NCBI GenBank assembly: GCA_010015805.1
Contig: ML978121.1
Span: 1,488,001 to 1,552,000 of the forward strand
Length of the DNA stretch: 64,000 nucleotides
Origin: Rhizodiscina lignyota
Taxonomy: Eukaryota
Reading direction: 5' to 3'
Position numbers and translations under genes: made by a program. Each line of letters begins with the position of its first letter. Positions within the stretch are counted from its first letter, which is position 1. Below, piece by piece: positions 35,628 to 49,786 of the stretch. Below the pieces are notes generated by a model. It was given only the letters and a program-made list of their open reading frames with translations, searched no databases and was not told the origin of the DNA.

Positions 35628-38600
35628 ATGGCGGCCGATCCCCACAAGCGCACCAAGTCTGGCATTGCTCGATCGCTACTATCGCGGGTGAGTAGCAAGA
35701 CGGACGTGGCGAACGACGACGACATGGAGGCTTTATCCCACACCTCCTCTGCTCCACCCACAACTTCTCCGTCGGTCACATCCTCGCAGCCGAATGCCTC
35801 TGCACCATCATTAGGTCCCAGATCCTCTTCTACTCGCCACCGGCCCCACCTCTCGACGACCATGTCACCAACCGAGCAGTCGTACTCGCATTCGAGTCTA
35901 CAAGTACCAATGTCACCCCCTTCGCCGGCTGGAGCCTCGATAGAGCAATCCGTGAAGCTCTTCCGCCTGTTCGAAGCGTTGCGTAGCGGCGACACGGCAG
36001 TGATATCAAAGGCGATTCGAGAGCAGAGCGCAAATGGCAATGCTGAAGGAGAGGATGCACAGACACGTTTGGAAGGGAAAACCATACTCCACCTGGCCAT
36101 ACAATGTGCTGAGCTGCCAGTGGTCGAGTTCATCCTTTCTGCGGCTGGCACTGCAGACAGTGCCCTGGATGTGAACGGACGAGACCGTGATGGGAATACA
36201 CCACTGCACGTTGCTTCGATGCTGGGACGAGCACCAGTTGTGCGCATGCTGCTCGACAATGGCAACGTGAACGATTCCATTATGAACTATCAAGGGCAAA
36301 CGGCACTTGACCTTGCGCGAACGCCCGAAATATTCCAACAACTGCAGCTGTCACGGAACGTGTTCATCGATGCGACAGTTAGGAAGGTTCAAGACTATGT
36401 AGCCAAAGGGGACTATGCGAATCTGGAGAAGCTTTTACAAGACCCTCGAATCAAGGCAACGCTGGACGTCAATGGCTCAGAGTTGGCCACGGAACCGAGC
36501 ACCGTGGAGTCTGGAGGAACTCTGATGCATGAGGCGGCTCGGAAGAGAGACACAAAGCTCATCCAGCTTCTGCTGCTGAATGGAGCGGATCCGTTTAGGA
36601 GAGATCGCAAGGGCAAGCTGCCTCAAGATGTCACGAAAGACGACCGTACAAGAGCAATCATCAAGAAATCGCCAGCTGCAGCGGCAGCGCAACGTGGCAT
36701 TCAAGAGAGGACGATTCTTGGAGGTGCGGCTCAGGCGGTCGCTGGCCCGGCAGCAACGGAAGTTGGGCCTGGAAGCAAGGAGGGCAGGGAGATGAAAGGC
36801 TATCTTAAGAAGTGGACAAACTACACGAGCGGATGGAAGCTGAGATGGTTCGTTCTTGAGGATGGCGTTTTGAGCTACTACAAGCATCAAGGTAAGAGTT
36901 ACAGAGTGACACCGGAAGGCTCCAGCTGACATGTCCCAGATGATGCTGGTTCTGCATGTCGAGGTGCGATCAACATGAAGATAGCAAAGCTTCACATGGA
37001 TCCACAAGACAAGCTTCGCTTTGAGATTCACGGCAAATCTTCAGTCAAGTATCATCTGAGAGCAAACCATCAGGTCGAAGCTAAGAGGTGGTATTGGGCA
37101 TTAAACAATGCCATTCAATGGGCAAAGGATGAGGCTCGGGAAGAAGAGAGAAGGCATAAACGCGAGGATGAAGTGATGAGGCAGATGAGGAATGAGCAAA
37201 CAGATAAGAAACGAGATGGCGACGATTCCAGCTTGCATAGTTCCCAGGCTGGCTCGAAGAGATTCCCCCCGCCGCCGAGCAGTGAGTTAATCATGATCAT
37301 TCTCTCAGTTCCTTGCTAATATGACCCCGTAGCTCACTTAGGCGATGACGATCCAAGCATTATGGACGACCCTAGTGCAAGCGGTGCAGATCTGAATCGC
37401 TTTACGAGTAATATGGCAACGACTGCAGTTGATGACGAAGATGAGGACGCTGAGTACGGAGGTGACGATGCAAGCAGTCACGAACTTGCTCCTGCGAGTA
37501 GAGACGCCTTCAATATCACTGCTCAGTCAGCAAAACTACAACTTGACCTCCTTGGACAGGTCTCTGGAGCACTGCATGCCGAGCAAGCTAAGAACCCGGA
37601 TCTAAAGCTTTCGGATCCCTTGGCGATGCAAGCTCTTAATTCATACGAGGCTGCGGTAGGCAATCTCAAGGGGCTTGTTGGCGATCTTCTCCGTATTTCA
37701 AGAGACAGGGACGCGTATTGGCAATACCGCCTTGACCGTGAAGCAAACATCCGCCGACTATGGGAGGAGAGCATGGCTAAGGTGGCAAAGGAGCAAGAGG
37801 AGATGCAAGAGAAGATGGGAGAATCGGAAGCTAAGCGAAAGAAGACGAAGCGTGCATTGCGAGATGCACTTGAAGGATTATCTGTTGCAGATAGTCGTCC
37901 AGAGACGCCGAACCGAGGATCGCAAGTCTATGAAGATGCGGGCGCAATATGCGACCAAGAGCAGGGCGAGACTCTTCAACTTCCAAGAACAAGCATCAGC
38001 TCGCCTGTCCGACGCAGAGCCACAGTCATTGACCTTGACCTTTCAGACTCAGAGTCTGAGGATGAAGAGTTCTTCGACGCTGTTGGCGCGGGAGAAGTTG
38101 AAGTGGTCGAAGCCCTACCAGCAACGAGTCCGCCTCCGACTGCCAAAGGAGAAGAGCCACCTCCAATATACGACGGGGAGACCGATCTCGTTGCAAAGAT
38201 TGCTCCCTCGTTCAGAGGTTATGAGGATCCTGTACGAGATCGTCTGAAGATGGATGCCGACGACCGACCAAAGATATCGCTTTGGGTCAGTAGACCAAAC
38301 ATTGTCATGGAGAATCATGTACTGACGTCTTGCAGGGTATTCTGAAATCCATGATCGGGAAAGACATGACTAAGATGACTCTTCCTGTTTCTTTTAATGA
38401 GCCGACTTCACTTTTACAGCGTGTCGCCGAGGACATGGAGTACACCGATTTACTTGACACTGCAGCTGAGCGAGCGGACCCGACGGAGCGAATGGTCTAT
38501 GTGGCTGCTTTTGCAGCAAGTGAATATGCGTCCACCATTGGACGTGTCGCCAAACCATTCAATCCTCTCCTGGGCGAGACTTACGAGTATTGCCGTCCTG

Positions 38601-39561
38601 ACAAAGGCTTCCGTTTCTTTATCGAGCAAGTCAGTCACCATCCGCCGGTCGGCGCTGCGTATGCAGAGTCGCCCAAGTGGGAATACTATGTAAGTGCTTG
38701 TTGCATGGTTCATGGTCCGCGTACACTAACCCATAGTTTAAGGGCGAGTCGGCAGTCAAGTCAAAGTTTTACGGCAAGTCATTCGACATCAATCCACTTG
38801 GCACTTGGTTCCTGCGCCTGCGCCCCTGTTCAGGCAAGCCTGAATTGTACACATGGAAGAAAGTCACTTCTTCTGTAATCGGCATCATTACAGGCAACCC
38901 TACCGTCGACAACTACGGACCAATGGAAGTCAAGAACTGGACCACTGGCGAAACCTGTATTCTCGACTTCAAACCCCGTGGCTGGAAGGCGTCCAGCGCC
39001 TACATAGTTACTGGTCGCGTCAACGACGCCGAAGGCAAGACACGCTGGAGCATCGGTGGGCGGTGGAACAACAAACTGTATGCCCGGCTCACGCCTGGTT
39101 ACGAGGATACGGTCGAACCTCCGACTATGAGTGGGTTCGCGCATGGCCCCCTTAGGCAGGACACCATGTCGAACCAGGCGTTCTTGATCTGGGAGGCTCA
39201 CACCCGACCCACCGGCATCCCGTTCAACCTGACGCCCTTCGTGCTCACGCTCAATGCTCTTCCTGAGAAGCTTCGGCCGCATGTCGCCCCGACGGACACC
39301 AGACTGCGTCCAGATCAGCGTGCGATGGAGGATGGAGAGTACGATCTTGCGGCAACTGAGAAGAACAGGGTAGAGGAGAAGCAGCGCGCGCACAGGCGTT
39401 TGAGAGAGGCAAAGGGCGAGGAGTTTGTGCCGAAGTGGTTCAGCAAGAGCAAGCACCCGGAGACTGGAGAAGAGTATTGGCAGTTCAATGGAGAGTACTG
39501 GAAGATGAGAGAGGATGTGGCGAAGGGTGGACAATGGGAAGGCTTGGAGGATATCTTCTAA
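35628..39561 (+). CDS. OSH1: Oxysterol-binding protein of the Osh1/Osh2 (Swh1) type: ankyrin repeats, PH, FFAT and ORD
   Basis: Ankyrin [91 protein letters not shown]. Four introns (donors near 36892, 37282, 38286 and 38690). Confidence 0.93.
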
Positions 39562-39825
39562 ACAGCACATCCTTATGCGCGGATCCCTTGCAACGGCTGT
39601 ACAAACAAAAATTGGAAAATTCAAGTGTAAAGTATAGTATATTTTACTCTTCCCGATCAGTATGAATACAATCGATAAATCTATCTTTTCGCTCAAAAGT
39701 ACAGGACGAAAGTGAAGTAAAACTAGACAGCCCAGAATGCAAACGTCGCTATACACAAAACGCTACAAAAAACATCCAATACAAACGATTTCGCCTTGTT
39801 CAAATCTTGCTGCCAATTCTATGTT

Positions 39826-40738
39826 CTATGCAGAAGTCTTTTTTGATGTACTTCCCACCTCCGCGGTCTCGGCCGCAAAGAGTGAGAGGTAGATATTCCA
39901 GCACAATCCCACAAACGCCAAGAATACAATCCTTTTCTCCGCTGGAATCCAAATGAAGTTGAAGAGCGAAGCCGGGGCCCAGAGAATGTAGCTTGGGAGA
40001 AACAACGGGATGAAGTCCTGGTTTGACAGTTAAACCACTACTCTCTACCATCCGTAAGAGTAGACGCAGAGGAAGGAGAGCAGGGACCCTTCCATCCGTA
40101 CAAGTAGACACTGAGGGTGAAAAAGAATGAGACGAGATACGTACTCTGAGTAGAGCATGCCAAACCGCAACCGGACCATGCAGCCTGAAAAGCTCAAGCA
40201 AAACAATAAACACAACCGTGAACCACAGCGCGCCGAGCGAGTTGTCGAGCCACCACTTGATCCACACATTCCGCCACACGAGCCCCTTCTTCGTCGACGT
40301 CGTAGTCGCCGGGCCCGTCTTCTCCGCCGCCTCCACATCCGCATTCCCACTCTCCAGCTCTTCACCAGCCGCGCCGCTCACGCGCCTGTGCGACGCAATC
40401 GAGCGCCTGTGCGACGCCATCGACTCCAGCGAGTCGCGCGCGAAGTCGCCCAGCTCAAAGTCCTGCGGCACCGCGACGTACTCCTCCATGCCCTTGCTGG
40501 GCAGCACGGTGCCGGGCCAGTTGGCCTCCATCCACATCTGCCAGTAGAACAGCGGCGGCTGCAGCAGCGCCTGCACCGCCACGAAGCGGACAAACTCCAC
40601 GATGTGGAAGGTCACGGGGAGCGACTTCAGCCACGGGTCAATGAGCTGGGCGATGATGTTTGAGAGCGCGCTGAGCGCCGTGCCTTGCAGCGAGGCGGTC
40701 GCCATAAGCTGGAGATGCCATTGGGGAGCTTTGAACAT
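39826..40738 (-). CDS. Mpv17/PMP22 family membrane protein
   Basis: LQGTALSALSNIIAQLI...FVRFV...PPLFYWQMWME..PG and WRNVWIKWWLDNSLGA. Last exon LWAPASLFNFIWIPAEKRIVFLAFVGLCWNIYLSL. Exact 3' intron structure unresolved. Confidence 0.85.
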
Positions 40739-41715
40739 GGTGGATGTCCGGATAGGGGGCTTGGAACCTGGAGGTTCCTTGGGTGTCACCGCGCCGGAGG
40801 GGCCGGCGAGGATGACTGAGTGATGGGATATATGGGGAGGTGAGAATGACGGATCATGTGGAACAGGTTCAGATGGTGTTCTCTGGCACTTGTGAGGGGT
40901 ACATTGAGATGTTAAAGCCGGAGAGTTTGTAGATATCGCGCAGTTCCGAAAGGATCCTAAAAGCCAAGGAGGTTTCAAGTGGAGCCTCCCGGTTTCGGAA
41001 AAGAGTCACGTGATATGGGTTAGACAAAGCACTTTGCCGAGATTAAAAGAAGGACATTGAGATGGGAGTGCTTGGAATTTAGGGACAGATATGGTTGGCA
41101 TGGACTGCGCACTGGTGGTGGAGGTCGAGGCACGCCTAACTTTGATAAGGCCTCACGCTAAGCTCGAACGGGAGCGCGCAATAAGACAAACGCCATTGAA
41201 TATAATGGAATTGGAATTTCGTGTATTTATCTACTGACTGAACTTGAGTGGGTATGTAAACACTTTCCATCGAAATCCACATCGAATCGCTTCCGCCGCC
41301 TACCGCCGCCGGGTTCGCAGCCGAAGGAGGCAGCTGATGCCAATGTGTCGCTGCTGCTCGCAAGCGTCCGTCGCCATGCAAGATTAGGGGGGATCCAAGC
41401 CACAACCCACCGAACCGGAGAATTCCAGAAAGGAAAAAAAGGGAAGAGAAGGAGAAAAGTAAAGCAACCCCCGAAACGTAAGAGAGGCATAAGTCGTTCG
41501 TTATCGTCAGTCTTCGTGAATCCTCAGTCGTCACGGTTGGTCGTGAGAGCCAACAGAGCGAGAGCAACTCGTTGAAAGAAAGTGGTAGTCAATCTAGGGG
41601 AAAGAGAATTTGCAGCCGCGTGCTCGCTCGCTCAATTGCAAGTCATTGAATCAGCCGTATTCTTCGTTCGTGTTCGCAAAACGCGCATGATTTCGTCGTG
41701 CGTTCCGGTGTGTTT

Positions 41716-44118
41716 TTAACGAGCGCGCCTCCTCTCATAGATCACATCTCGCTCGTATTCGATTGGGGGGCGTGGGACACGTTCGATGACCTCGCGCTCA
41801 TACTCGATCTCCTTGACGCGACGGCGGCGCTCGCGACGTATGTGATCGCTCATTTCGACAAGCTGAAGGACATCCTCATAGCGAAGATAATCCTGCGGAA
41901 ATGTTAGTGGAATAGCAAGTGAATCCAACTGGAAGTTACGAACCATAACGTAGAAGTAGTACTCCGTTTCCTCGTAACCATAACCCATTTGGTCAATTGC
42001 TTCTGTATTTAACATTAGCATCTGTACTATCTTGAATTGCTCAGCTCTGCTCACCCTTGATGACCAAATCTTTGGTGATCTCTGTCCACATCTCCTTTGG
42101 CTTCTTCTCCCTCTTCACAATCTCCGTACTTGAAGAACCTCCGCGGTCACGCTCCTTGATCGAGATCTCTAATGACGTCGACTTCTCTTCCCTTGCCGGT
42201 GGGGCAGGTTCTGGCTCTGGAGCTGGCGGCGGTGGAGGAGGCAAGCTCTGCTGACGCGGACGATCATCGAAATCGGGATAAGCGACAAAGTCTTGTCCAT
42301 CAGCAATGAAGCGGCTGCGGCGCGCGCCATTATATCGCTGCCAAGTGACTTCTTGTGCGCCGCCACCAATGCCGTCCATTCTAACCTTGGATGTTCCAGG
42401 CGGGATATCGACGAGGCCTGCAAGGATTACGTTAGCGCAACTATATCTCTATGATGGCACCAGTCCGTACCCCAATCACGCGTAGCCCCATTATATGCTT
42501 CACCGATGGCTGCGCGGTCAAGAGCCTTACGGTTGTAGAATTCGGCCTCGCCCGCAAGATCATAATCGTCAGCGGGAGCAGTTAGAGCAGTTCGACTGCT
42601 GCGAGCTGGCGAGACGGAACGACCGCGACGGATAGAGACCTGGGTCTCCTCAAACTCTTCGCGTTTTGGTGATGGCGCTCGAGACTTGGCCTTCCTCCTG
42701 GGCTTCCGGTGACGAGAGCTGTCACGCTCGAAGATGACTTCTTCATCCGTTTCGCCTCCACCGTCTCTGTTTGTACATGTTCGTCAATGGATGTTACGCA
42801 AGGGAACGCTTCACGATAAGAGATGGGATAACGTGTGTGCAAGGCGGGAAAAGTGGTATCACTTACCGTCGGCGAATCGAAACTTCCAGCTTCTCGTCCC
42901 TCTGCTCAGGTTCTGGAGGTGGGGGTGGAGGAGGCGTTGGCTCACGTCGGATGATTTCAACACCTGTATGCGGCATTAGTATATAGATTAGGAATATGGG
43001 CGTTATTCAATGGCCATACCATGATCGAAGTTTCTGTGGTGCGTGATAATTTCGCGATGAATCTCCTCGCGGATGATTGGCCGACGGATCACGGGAGGCT
43101 CGAAAACCTCTGGCTCTGGTTCTGGGATAGGTGGTGCAGGGGGCGGGGGTGTAGGAGAGCGCTCTGTACGCCGAATAATGATCTCCTCCTTGACTTGATC
43201 TCGTGGAGCTGGTGGAGGAGATGGAGACGGAGACGGAGGAGATGGCCTGCGGCGCCTCACAATGAACTCTTCGCGCTCCCTGGCCACCAATTGGTCCTTT
43301 GGAGGAGGCAGGCTGCGCTCACGAGGGCGGAAGATGACGCGTTCGCTCACAGAAGATTCGCGATGGCGCCTTGGAGGTGGGGATGGAGAGCGAGAGGACG
43401 AAGAAGAACTGCGTCCTCGGCGGATAATGACCTCTTCCTTCTCTACCTCGCGTGCTGGTGGTGGGCGTGGCCTACGTTCGACCTCGCCGCGCCTGAACAC
43501 AATATCCTCGCGGTCTACCACAGATCTTGGTCTATCGGTTTCCGATCGGCGTATGATGACCTCGTCGCCAACAACGTCCCTCGGGTCTTGATTGCGGACT
43601 CTCGGGCGCTCAGGTTGGCGCTCAGGTTCTCGCTCAGGTCCTCGCTCAGGTCCTCGCTCATCGCGGGTTATCTTTATCTCAATATCGTCCCTCGATCGCT
43701 CTTCGCTTCTCGGCCGAGGGCGGGGTCGCTCAGTGCGTTCGGTGCGAGTGGTGCGACCGCTGCGAACACTTCGCACATCCTCGTCTACGACAGAGCGCGG
43801 CCTCGGCGGCGGCACGAACTTCTTCTCGTCTCGAATGATGATTTCCTCTTTTTCTTCGCGGCCTGGTCTCCTGCGGGGCCTCTCGACATACTCATCCTCC
43901 TCAACACGCACCAGCGGGCCGGCAGAGGTGCGACCGTAGTCCTCGCGCAGGAAATCGGGCACGCTGCGAGCGGGGCGGGTGCTTCGAACGGTCTCGACGT
44001 CGACTTCTTGATAGTCTCGCCGGCTGCTGCTGCGCCGGCTGGGTGCATAGACGGACTGCTCGTCACGCTCCTCGTAGTAGGCCGAGTTGCCCCACCCGCC
44101 TGTGCCGCCGCTCGACAT
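41716..44118 (-). CDS. Conserved fungal Arg/Glu/Pro-rich multi-exon protein
   Basis: Repeated EEIIIRR motifs, EIITHHR..DHG, AEAEFYNR, and C-terminal MWTEITKDLVIK|EAIDQMGYGYEETEYYFYVM|DYLRYEDVLQLVEMS. Several introns. Confidence 0.85.
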
Positions 44119-45787
44119 TGTGGTGATAAGGCGGCGGATTGGGCGTTGCGGGAGCTGTAAGTGAGGACGAGGTGGTCGCACGCGGCTGCAGTGTCGAGCT
44201 CGAGCAGAGGGTCGAGGCAGGCAGCGTGCGAGGAGGTTGAAAATTGAGGAGCAAGCTTCGCGTGATGACGAAGTCACAAGCGCGGGAGGGCAGCCGGGCT
44301 TGAAACGGCTGGTGTAGCTGGATCCGGTTTAGCAGGCTGAGCGTGCAGTGGCCGGTCAGTGAGTTGGCGCTGAGTCGCCCAACGTCATGCCGCATGCAAA
44401 GAACGCACGAGTAGCTGTTCCCAGTGGACGCTGCGCTGCGAGAGCGAGAGGCGATGCGGGAGGCTGGCGTGGTGATGTGATAAATGAGGTGGGTGGGTAT
44501 GCTCTGTTTCGATGAGCTGACCAGCCCAGCTCGCACTTCCAAGGCCGACTGCCTCCGCGGAAAGCAAGGATGGGTTCGTGCCCAATTGTGCGCGCCTCGC
44601 GAATGGGCAGGGCGATATATGTGAATTGCTCAACCTCCTTCGCCCCGTTCCGCGCAATACTCGGTAACGCCCGTAGTTGATCCGCTACTGTCTAGCTCTC
44701 CCGCCCACTGTGACCAGCATGTCCTCTCCAGACACCCGATCGCCTCGCACTCCTAGCCATGCTACTTCTCTACTTCTCCTCCGTTATCGACGCTGTGTCA
44801 ACAGATGTTTCACTTATCACTCCACTCGGCCTGCGTGTCTGCAGTTTATGCCCGGCCTCGACGTCCATTGGGCTGCCATTGCTGATGACGTCAATTTCTT
44901 GCATCGGAGATCTCAGAATAGCGCTTTGAAGATGTCGCGCAGATGACAGCTGGCAGTGAGATCCGGTCGTGTGATGGCCAAATATCCTCAACTGCATTCC
45001 CATCACATTTAAGACTGTTCCTTTTTGCTATTTTGGCGCTGATCTAGGCCATCCATGTGGTGTATTTCTCCTTTTCTCGACTTCTGCATTCGAGCTAACG
45101 CATTATGATATTCCATATCTGAGATCCTTCCACTTTGCGACCCTCAATTCCTCCTCGTTTCATGTTGCATCGACGAGATTTGCCCCTAGATTTAGCTCTC
45201 CCTTCAGCAATTTTCGGCAATTCCTACTATGCTTGCCAGCACACGTCTTTGGACCCTCACGGATATTGAGAAGACCTCATTCTTTGGCGGATACCAGCAT
45301 ACGTGCGGAATTCATCACATGGCCAGCGCAATGGCGGCTATATCAATCCTTGACTAGAGTCTCAATATACATGCGATAATTGCTTAGAGCAGCTTGGGAT
45401 CTCCTAAAGCTATCAAGGAGCCTTAACGACACGATGTCGGTCACTGGGGCTTTAGAAATGCACTGCTACTCCGTCTCCAGCCATGGCATACCTCTCCCTC
45501 AGCCTCTACCTTCTCAGCCGTACCGTTACGCCCAAATAATGCTCAAGCAGCCCACACAATTCAAGTTCCTGCTATGCTTCGAGCAACAGTACCAGCACTG
45601 TCATATGCCGCCTGGATTCACAGGTGAGGGCGTGGAAGTTCCATTTTGATAGCCTTCATTTCATAGCGCGTGTCATTACGTGGATGCGAAAGCTACCTCA
45701 ACAATCGAACGGATACTTATACAAGTCGAAACCCGAGGACGCGCGTCTGCCGCTTCACCAAGACCGGACCGGCGACTGCGGCATTCC

Positions 45788-47878
45788 TTACGGCAGCTCC
45801 AAAGCAATTTTCTTCAGCTTCTCAAAGTTCGGCGTCCCAAGACCAGTGACTGGATCCCAGCCCGGCACTGCATTGAAGCCGCCTGTTCCACAGCCTGCGT
45901 TATTCCCGATAGTGATATCGTTGAATGCCTCCGGATGCTTATAGAACATCGGATTCAAGAACCCTACCGGCCTCTTGCCCACCGCTAAGCGCGCCTCATT
46001 GAGCAACGTGACAATACCTGCAACGATAGGGGCGCTGAAGCTCGTGCCACTAACGGCAAAGGATTCCCCATTGAAGATAATAGGGCCGTTGAGGCCTATG
46101 GCAGAGACGTCAGGGAAGCCACGGGCTTTGCCGGTATCGTTATACACATTGGCTCCGTAGTTAGGCGCGAACTCTCTCATGTACTTTCTGACGGCCGATG
46201 CTTGGTATGATGGCAGTGCAAAGTAGTTGGAGAACCCTCCACCAGAGATAGCGCCAAGCTCATCACTGGCTTTCTCGCCGTCAGCCGTATTGTTGCTGAT
46301 GAAAGCCGTACTTCCAACTGGCAATGTTGGTTAGTCGCGCTCGTTCAATCAAGAGGGAGCTGCAAGTGCACACACGAACTTACCCGCAGTTATATAAGGG
46401 CAGTTGACTGGGAAACTAGGCGCATAACGTGTGCCATTAACATCGAAATAGTCGTCATGGGCATTGAGACATGCCGATGGGAATTCTTCATTGTATTGAT
46501 TGGCAACCCCGGTATCACCGGTTGCGAACAGGACGCTGACGCCTTGCAGACCGAGCTTCATCCATTCGTGGCATTGGCGGTGCTGATAAAAGATGGGAAG
46601 CGCCCCTTCGATTTGACCGTACGAGACGGATATTACGTTTGACTTAGGAGCGCCGCCGCATTGCAACGGTCCGTTATATGCGCCCAAAGCGTCCTCGGAG
46701 TCTCCGTCGTCGTTGGGATCTGGATATACGGGGTCGACATAGGGTTGGTCGCCCCCCTTGTACGTACAGTACGACTCATCGAGCGCATCAAGGAAGATGT
46801 TGAAGGTCCCAGAACTGTCTATATTGACACCATCACCAACCACGTAAACATTTATGTTCTGTGGGTGAATAATCGAGTATGCTGTTTGCACATCCAAAGC
46901 TGCTTCTAACCCTAGGTTCCCAGCAACAGTCGTCTTATTCGCAGTTTTGCCTCCGTCGATAGAGATGATTTCTGGTTTCGTGTTGCCTGGAATTTGTGGT
47001 CTAGTGAAGTTCTTGAAGAAGAGTGGGAGGTCCGGCTCGTTCAGGTAGCTTACCCACTCGCCAATGCCCATTTCGTTGCCTCGGGCAGCCGTATGGCTCT
47101 CGGGGATTTTGTAGAGCTTGCGCAGACAGTCGATCGTCGTCAAGACACCGCAGGGCTCCGAGCCCAATTTTGCACCGTTCGGAAGCGGCCCGTCGAGGAT
47201 TCCCGACACACGGGGAACTGGTCTGAGGCCGTCCAATTGAATCGTCGGCATGACGAAGTCAATATGCCTCTGCACATGCTGAGGGAGGCTATAAGAATCA
47301 CAGGCCATGCGATATCCACCAGACTCGTGCATGTAGTGCCAGTATTCAGTCGCAAGGATACGTTCAGCCTCATCTACAGTACTATGAAATTGTACCCAAT
47401 TATGTCCTGGGTATGATTAGCACAGGCGATGTAAAAATAAGCTCGATATACTCACCGGTCGAGTACGAAATGCGAGAACGGTCAATACCAGATTCGATCA
47501 ACCAATTGGTCACAGCATCTTTCGTTTCCGGGTGAGGAGCAAACGTATTAGCGACCTGTTCGGCACTCCAGTGCTTGCCTATCGTAATATGTCAATAAGA
47601 CTCTCGTCTCCTTATACAATAGTAAAGTACCAACCAAAGTTTGGCGAATCTGGATCGGCGATGTCGCGAATATATCTCTCTGCATGCTCGAGATTCCTCT
47701 GGCGAAGACCAATTCGAATTGGCAGCTTTGCATGGCTATATGCGCGGTCACGCTTCTGCCATTGATGAGGTACACCATCACGCTTCTCATGGAGGGCGTG
47801 ATTCGCATGATTCAATTGTGGTGCTGCGGAGCAGAGAGAAAGGAGAAGGGCTGTCGTCACTGCTCCTAGGAACCGCAT
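45788..47878 (-). CDS. Secreted sedolisin / tripeptidyl-peptidase (S53) with prodomain
   Basis: Signal peptide MRFLGAVTTALLLSLCSA; prodomain IRIGLRQRNL..DPDSPNFG.HW..YSLPQHVQRHIDFVMP. Catalytic GLEAALD, ATGDTG and GTSFSAP; Ca-binding DITIGNN..GWDPVTGLGTPNF. Confidence 0.93.
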
Positions 47879-48837
47879 ATTGAGAACCGCAGCTGGCAAT
47901 GTTGAATCTGAGGTCCGAGACAACAGGCTGCTATAGCAGCCGGTGTAAGGAGTTTTAAGCTCATCCTGAACAATGAAATTCGATTGTCCAAGGCATCTGC
48001 ATTGTGCGTAAACAGCAGGTGGGCTGACTTCGTTACGGTCAGCCCCCAGACTGTTGTCGTTGCGAAGGAGCTATCTCCCACAGCGAGGGAGTAAACGCTT
48101 GTACATATCGCCGCCAAACTCCGGCGTAGCGTTTACTTCCTGGATACTAGCTCCTTTATAGACCGTCCCTTTGAGGATACTGCTACTCTGTGATCTGTGC
48201 CGTGGCATTTAGCTACCCATCGCTGCGTGCATTATCGTAACTCCTGGCTCAGCAGGCACCGCGCTAGAGAGCGCCGCATGTGAGCAATCATCTCATTTAG
48301 TTAGTACAAAGAGCATTTGCTAATTTACCTAACCGTAGATGGCTTAGAAAGTGCAGGGAGGGCAGCGAGGTTAAAGATCCTCCTCGCCGTGAGAGGTGGA
48401 TGAGTTCTGCTTTGGGAACCTTGTGAAAGGATGCGGAGACATGCGTGTGGTAAGGTATGTAAGCTGAGCGGTTGAGGAGTTTCCTTTAGCCTAGTCTTTA
48501 ATTTTCGTTGTGATGACAACTTTCGCGGCCCTGAAATGCCCCCTTCACACGCAGATCGGGATACTGAAGAGCAGGACAAAACGTGTCCGGATGCCGTTCA
48601 TATCCAAGGTCGAGAAGAAGCATGAAGTAGGTACCTGGATACCTCCTATCCCAAACAGGCAATCCGAAGCCTTAACCGAACGGCAAGCGACTCCGAGCCG
48701 CAAGTCGGCGCGGGTGGCTAGAGATCGATAAGGAAAATCCCCCAAATCCCGAAGAGGCGTCCGTTCTGATGACTACCACGCCATGCGATGGCTCATAAAG
48801 AGCCTTCCGATACACCCCTTCGACTCCTCAACATGCA

Positions 48838-49786
48838 ATGACACTCACACAGTTCGCGCGCCCGGTCACCGTGGGCGTGCTTGCGCTCCAGGGCGCTTTT
48901 GCAGAGCACATTCTGCTGCTGAGACAGGCGGCTAATGTACTTGCGAATGGCGGGATACGCAGAGATGCGCAGTGGGAGTTTGTGGAGGTTCGGACGAGAG
49001 GAGAGCTGGAGAGATGTGATGCGCTGATTATACCTGGTGGTGAGAGTACGACGATGTCGCTGGTGGCGAGTCGTTCGGGCATGTTGGAGCCATTGAGAGA
49101 GTTTGTCAAGTTCGTCGCTCCTGCAATTCATACTTGAGCACGTGGAGACTGATGAGTTCGGCAGAGTGCAGCGAAAGCCAGTCTGGGGAACATGCGCGGG
49201 CCTCATCCTCCTCTCCGAGTCAGCGAATCGCACGAAGAAGGGCGGGCAAGAGCTCATCGGCGGATTGGACGTTCGAGTCAATCGAAACCATTTCGGGAGA
49301 CAAGTCGAGAGTTTCGAGGCCGACCTGGATTTGCCATTCTTATCCGACCACACTCAGAAAACAGCAGCCAACGAGAACGGACACACAGAAACTAAATCTA
49401 CCCCCTTCCACACAATCTTTATCCGCGCTCCTGTGGTCGAGCGCATCCTCCAGCACCAACCTGGCGCGCAGCTGGAAGAAGCGTCCAAAGATGATACGGT
49501 CGTTGCACCATCTCGCGAGCCGGCGAGTCTCTCCGCAAAAGCAGCGATGGTGAGCGAAGTCGAGATCCTGACTCGTCTGCCCCCTTCAGCGCCGAGCCTC
49601 GACCGCCAGGGCATTACAGCAAAGGATGTAGGCGAAGACGGAGACATTGTAGCTGTGAGGCAGGGAAATTGCTTTGGGACAGCATTTCATCCGGAGTTGA
49701 CGGGCGATGCCCGGATACACGTTTGGTGGTTGGGAGAGGTGCTGGAGTCCGTGGAGAGGAGAGAGGGAGAACGACAAATATCATGA
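48838..49786 (+). CDS. PDX2: PLP synthase glutaminase subunit (PdxT/SNO)
   Basis: VGVLALQGAF, LIIPGGEST, PVWGTCAGLI, RNHFGRQ, FIRAP, FHPELT. Intron 49110-49164. Confidence 0.95.

Noticed and set aside
38830..39756. 308-aa ORF on the - strand
   Set aside because: Antisense to the last OSH1 exon.
43021..44160. 379-aa ORF on the + strand
   Set aside because: Antisense shadow of the GC-rich Arg/Glu-rich gene.
48510..48568. GTGATGA...CTGA...CTGA C/D-box-like arrangement
   Set aside because: Short, no terminal stem or C' box, and no rRNA complement that I can recognise.
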